Source: Selaginella moellendorffii (taxonomy: Eukaryota > Plantae > Lycopodiophyta). Taken from it: a DNA stretch of 64,000 bases. The stretch spans positions 334,210 through 398,209 of the forward strand of contig NW_003314372.1 in NCBI RefSeq assembly GCF_000143415.4. The letters are read 5' to 3'. The position numbers and the translations under genes were made by a program. Positions 63,264 through 64,000 of the stretch are shown piece after piece; the first letter of the stretch is position 1; each line of letters starts with the position of its first letter. The notes beneath the pieces were generated by a model. The model searched no databases, was not told the origin of the DNA, and saw only the letters and a list, made by a program, of their open reading frames with translations.

Positions 63264-64000
63264 TGTAAGCCACAAATTTTTCCTTTCCAATTTGCTAGCT
63301 TACCTCGTCTATCCAACCAACACCACCTTAGCCATTGTTAAGTTCCCTCGCCAAGGATCCTACCTATTGTACTAGCTCCTACTTAGTCCTACTTGGTTTC
63401 AACTGCTCATTACATAGTATCGAACTGTTAGCCATGCATCCACAGATTCCCAAATCTCTCCCAATCCCCCCTCCCCAGGTTAGATTGGACTAAAGGTTCG
63501 TCTACACTCCCCGTAGGCACAAGCAGCCAAGCACACCAAGCCTCTAGTTTTCTAATATCCCTTGGTACAATAAGGCTTGATCATGGGACCCTCTAAATCC
63601 CAAGCCTTGGTGCAACACTTGCTTCGGGATGCTAGAGGAAACACTGTGGCCTAATGGCCCGGTATGGGTACTTCTACCCCCCCCACTTCCATCCCGAAGG
63701 GAAGGCCCAAGCCCCTAAGAAGGGCAAGGATCAATGAGCTGCAAAGTACTCAAGTGGGGCACCACTCTACATGAGTCGGGAGCACTACAGTTGATTTCCA
63801 TTTTGGAAGTGGGAGCTGCTCTTGAGCACTTCCTTGGGTGGCCCCTCTGGCACCATCTGAGTTCATGTTCACTCTCACTCAAGGCCCCTCGGTCCCAATC
63901 TCAACCTCAAGTCTGTTTGGAAGCATCACTGGAGAGTTCTTTCAAGACTGGTTCCTAGACCTTTAGAACCCCCTACAGCAGCCCCCCCCCCCCCCCCCCC
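63264..64000 (-). repeat. Family C LTR inserted antisense into the hexamer array of the preceding C LTR; runs off the window
   Basis: TGTAAGCCACAAATTTT matches 30335 onward. Confidence 0.88.

Overview
This window is plant-type heterochromatin made almost entirely of nested, decayed Ty3/gypsy LTR retrotransposons primed by tRNA-iMet. I found no intact host gene. Family letters below are working labels of mine. Family A is a compact ~4.9-kb gypsy with ~230-bp LTRs, a single gag-pol frame and no chromodomain; one copy (32757-37648) is complete with TSD GATAT. Family B is a non-coding LARD with 1.7-1.9-kb LTRs carrying a graded 6/12/35-bp repeat array, and includes a three-LTR tandem (47364-60765). 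Family C is a chromodomain-bearing chromovirus present in fragments and is the likely autonomous partner of B. Family D is an old non-chromoviral gypsy that forms the host layer. Family E is a 392-bp TRIM. F, G and H are unrelated solo LTRs with TSDs. There is also a ~4.9-kb near-identical duplication and five N gaps. The most notable observations are: (1) a chain of five abutting hairpins ending in two tRNA T-arm mimics (GGG-TTCGAGT-CCC), conserved with apparent covariation between LARD B and the 3' UTR of chromovirus C; (2) reciprocal LTR swaps at the PBS between TRIM E and family A; (3) a solo LTR patched with a piece of its own integrase; (4) an incipient satellite derived from an LTR U5. 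All alignments were done by eye and percent identities are rough.
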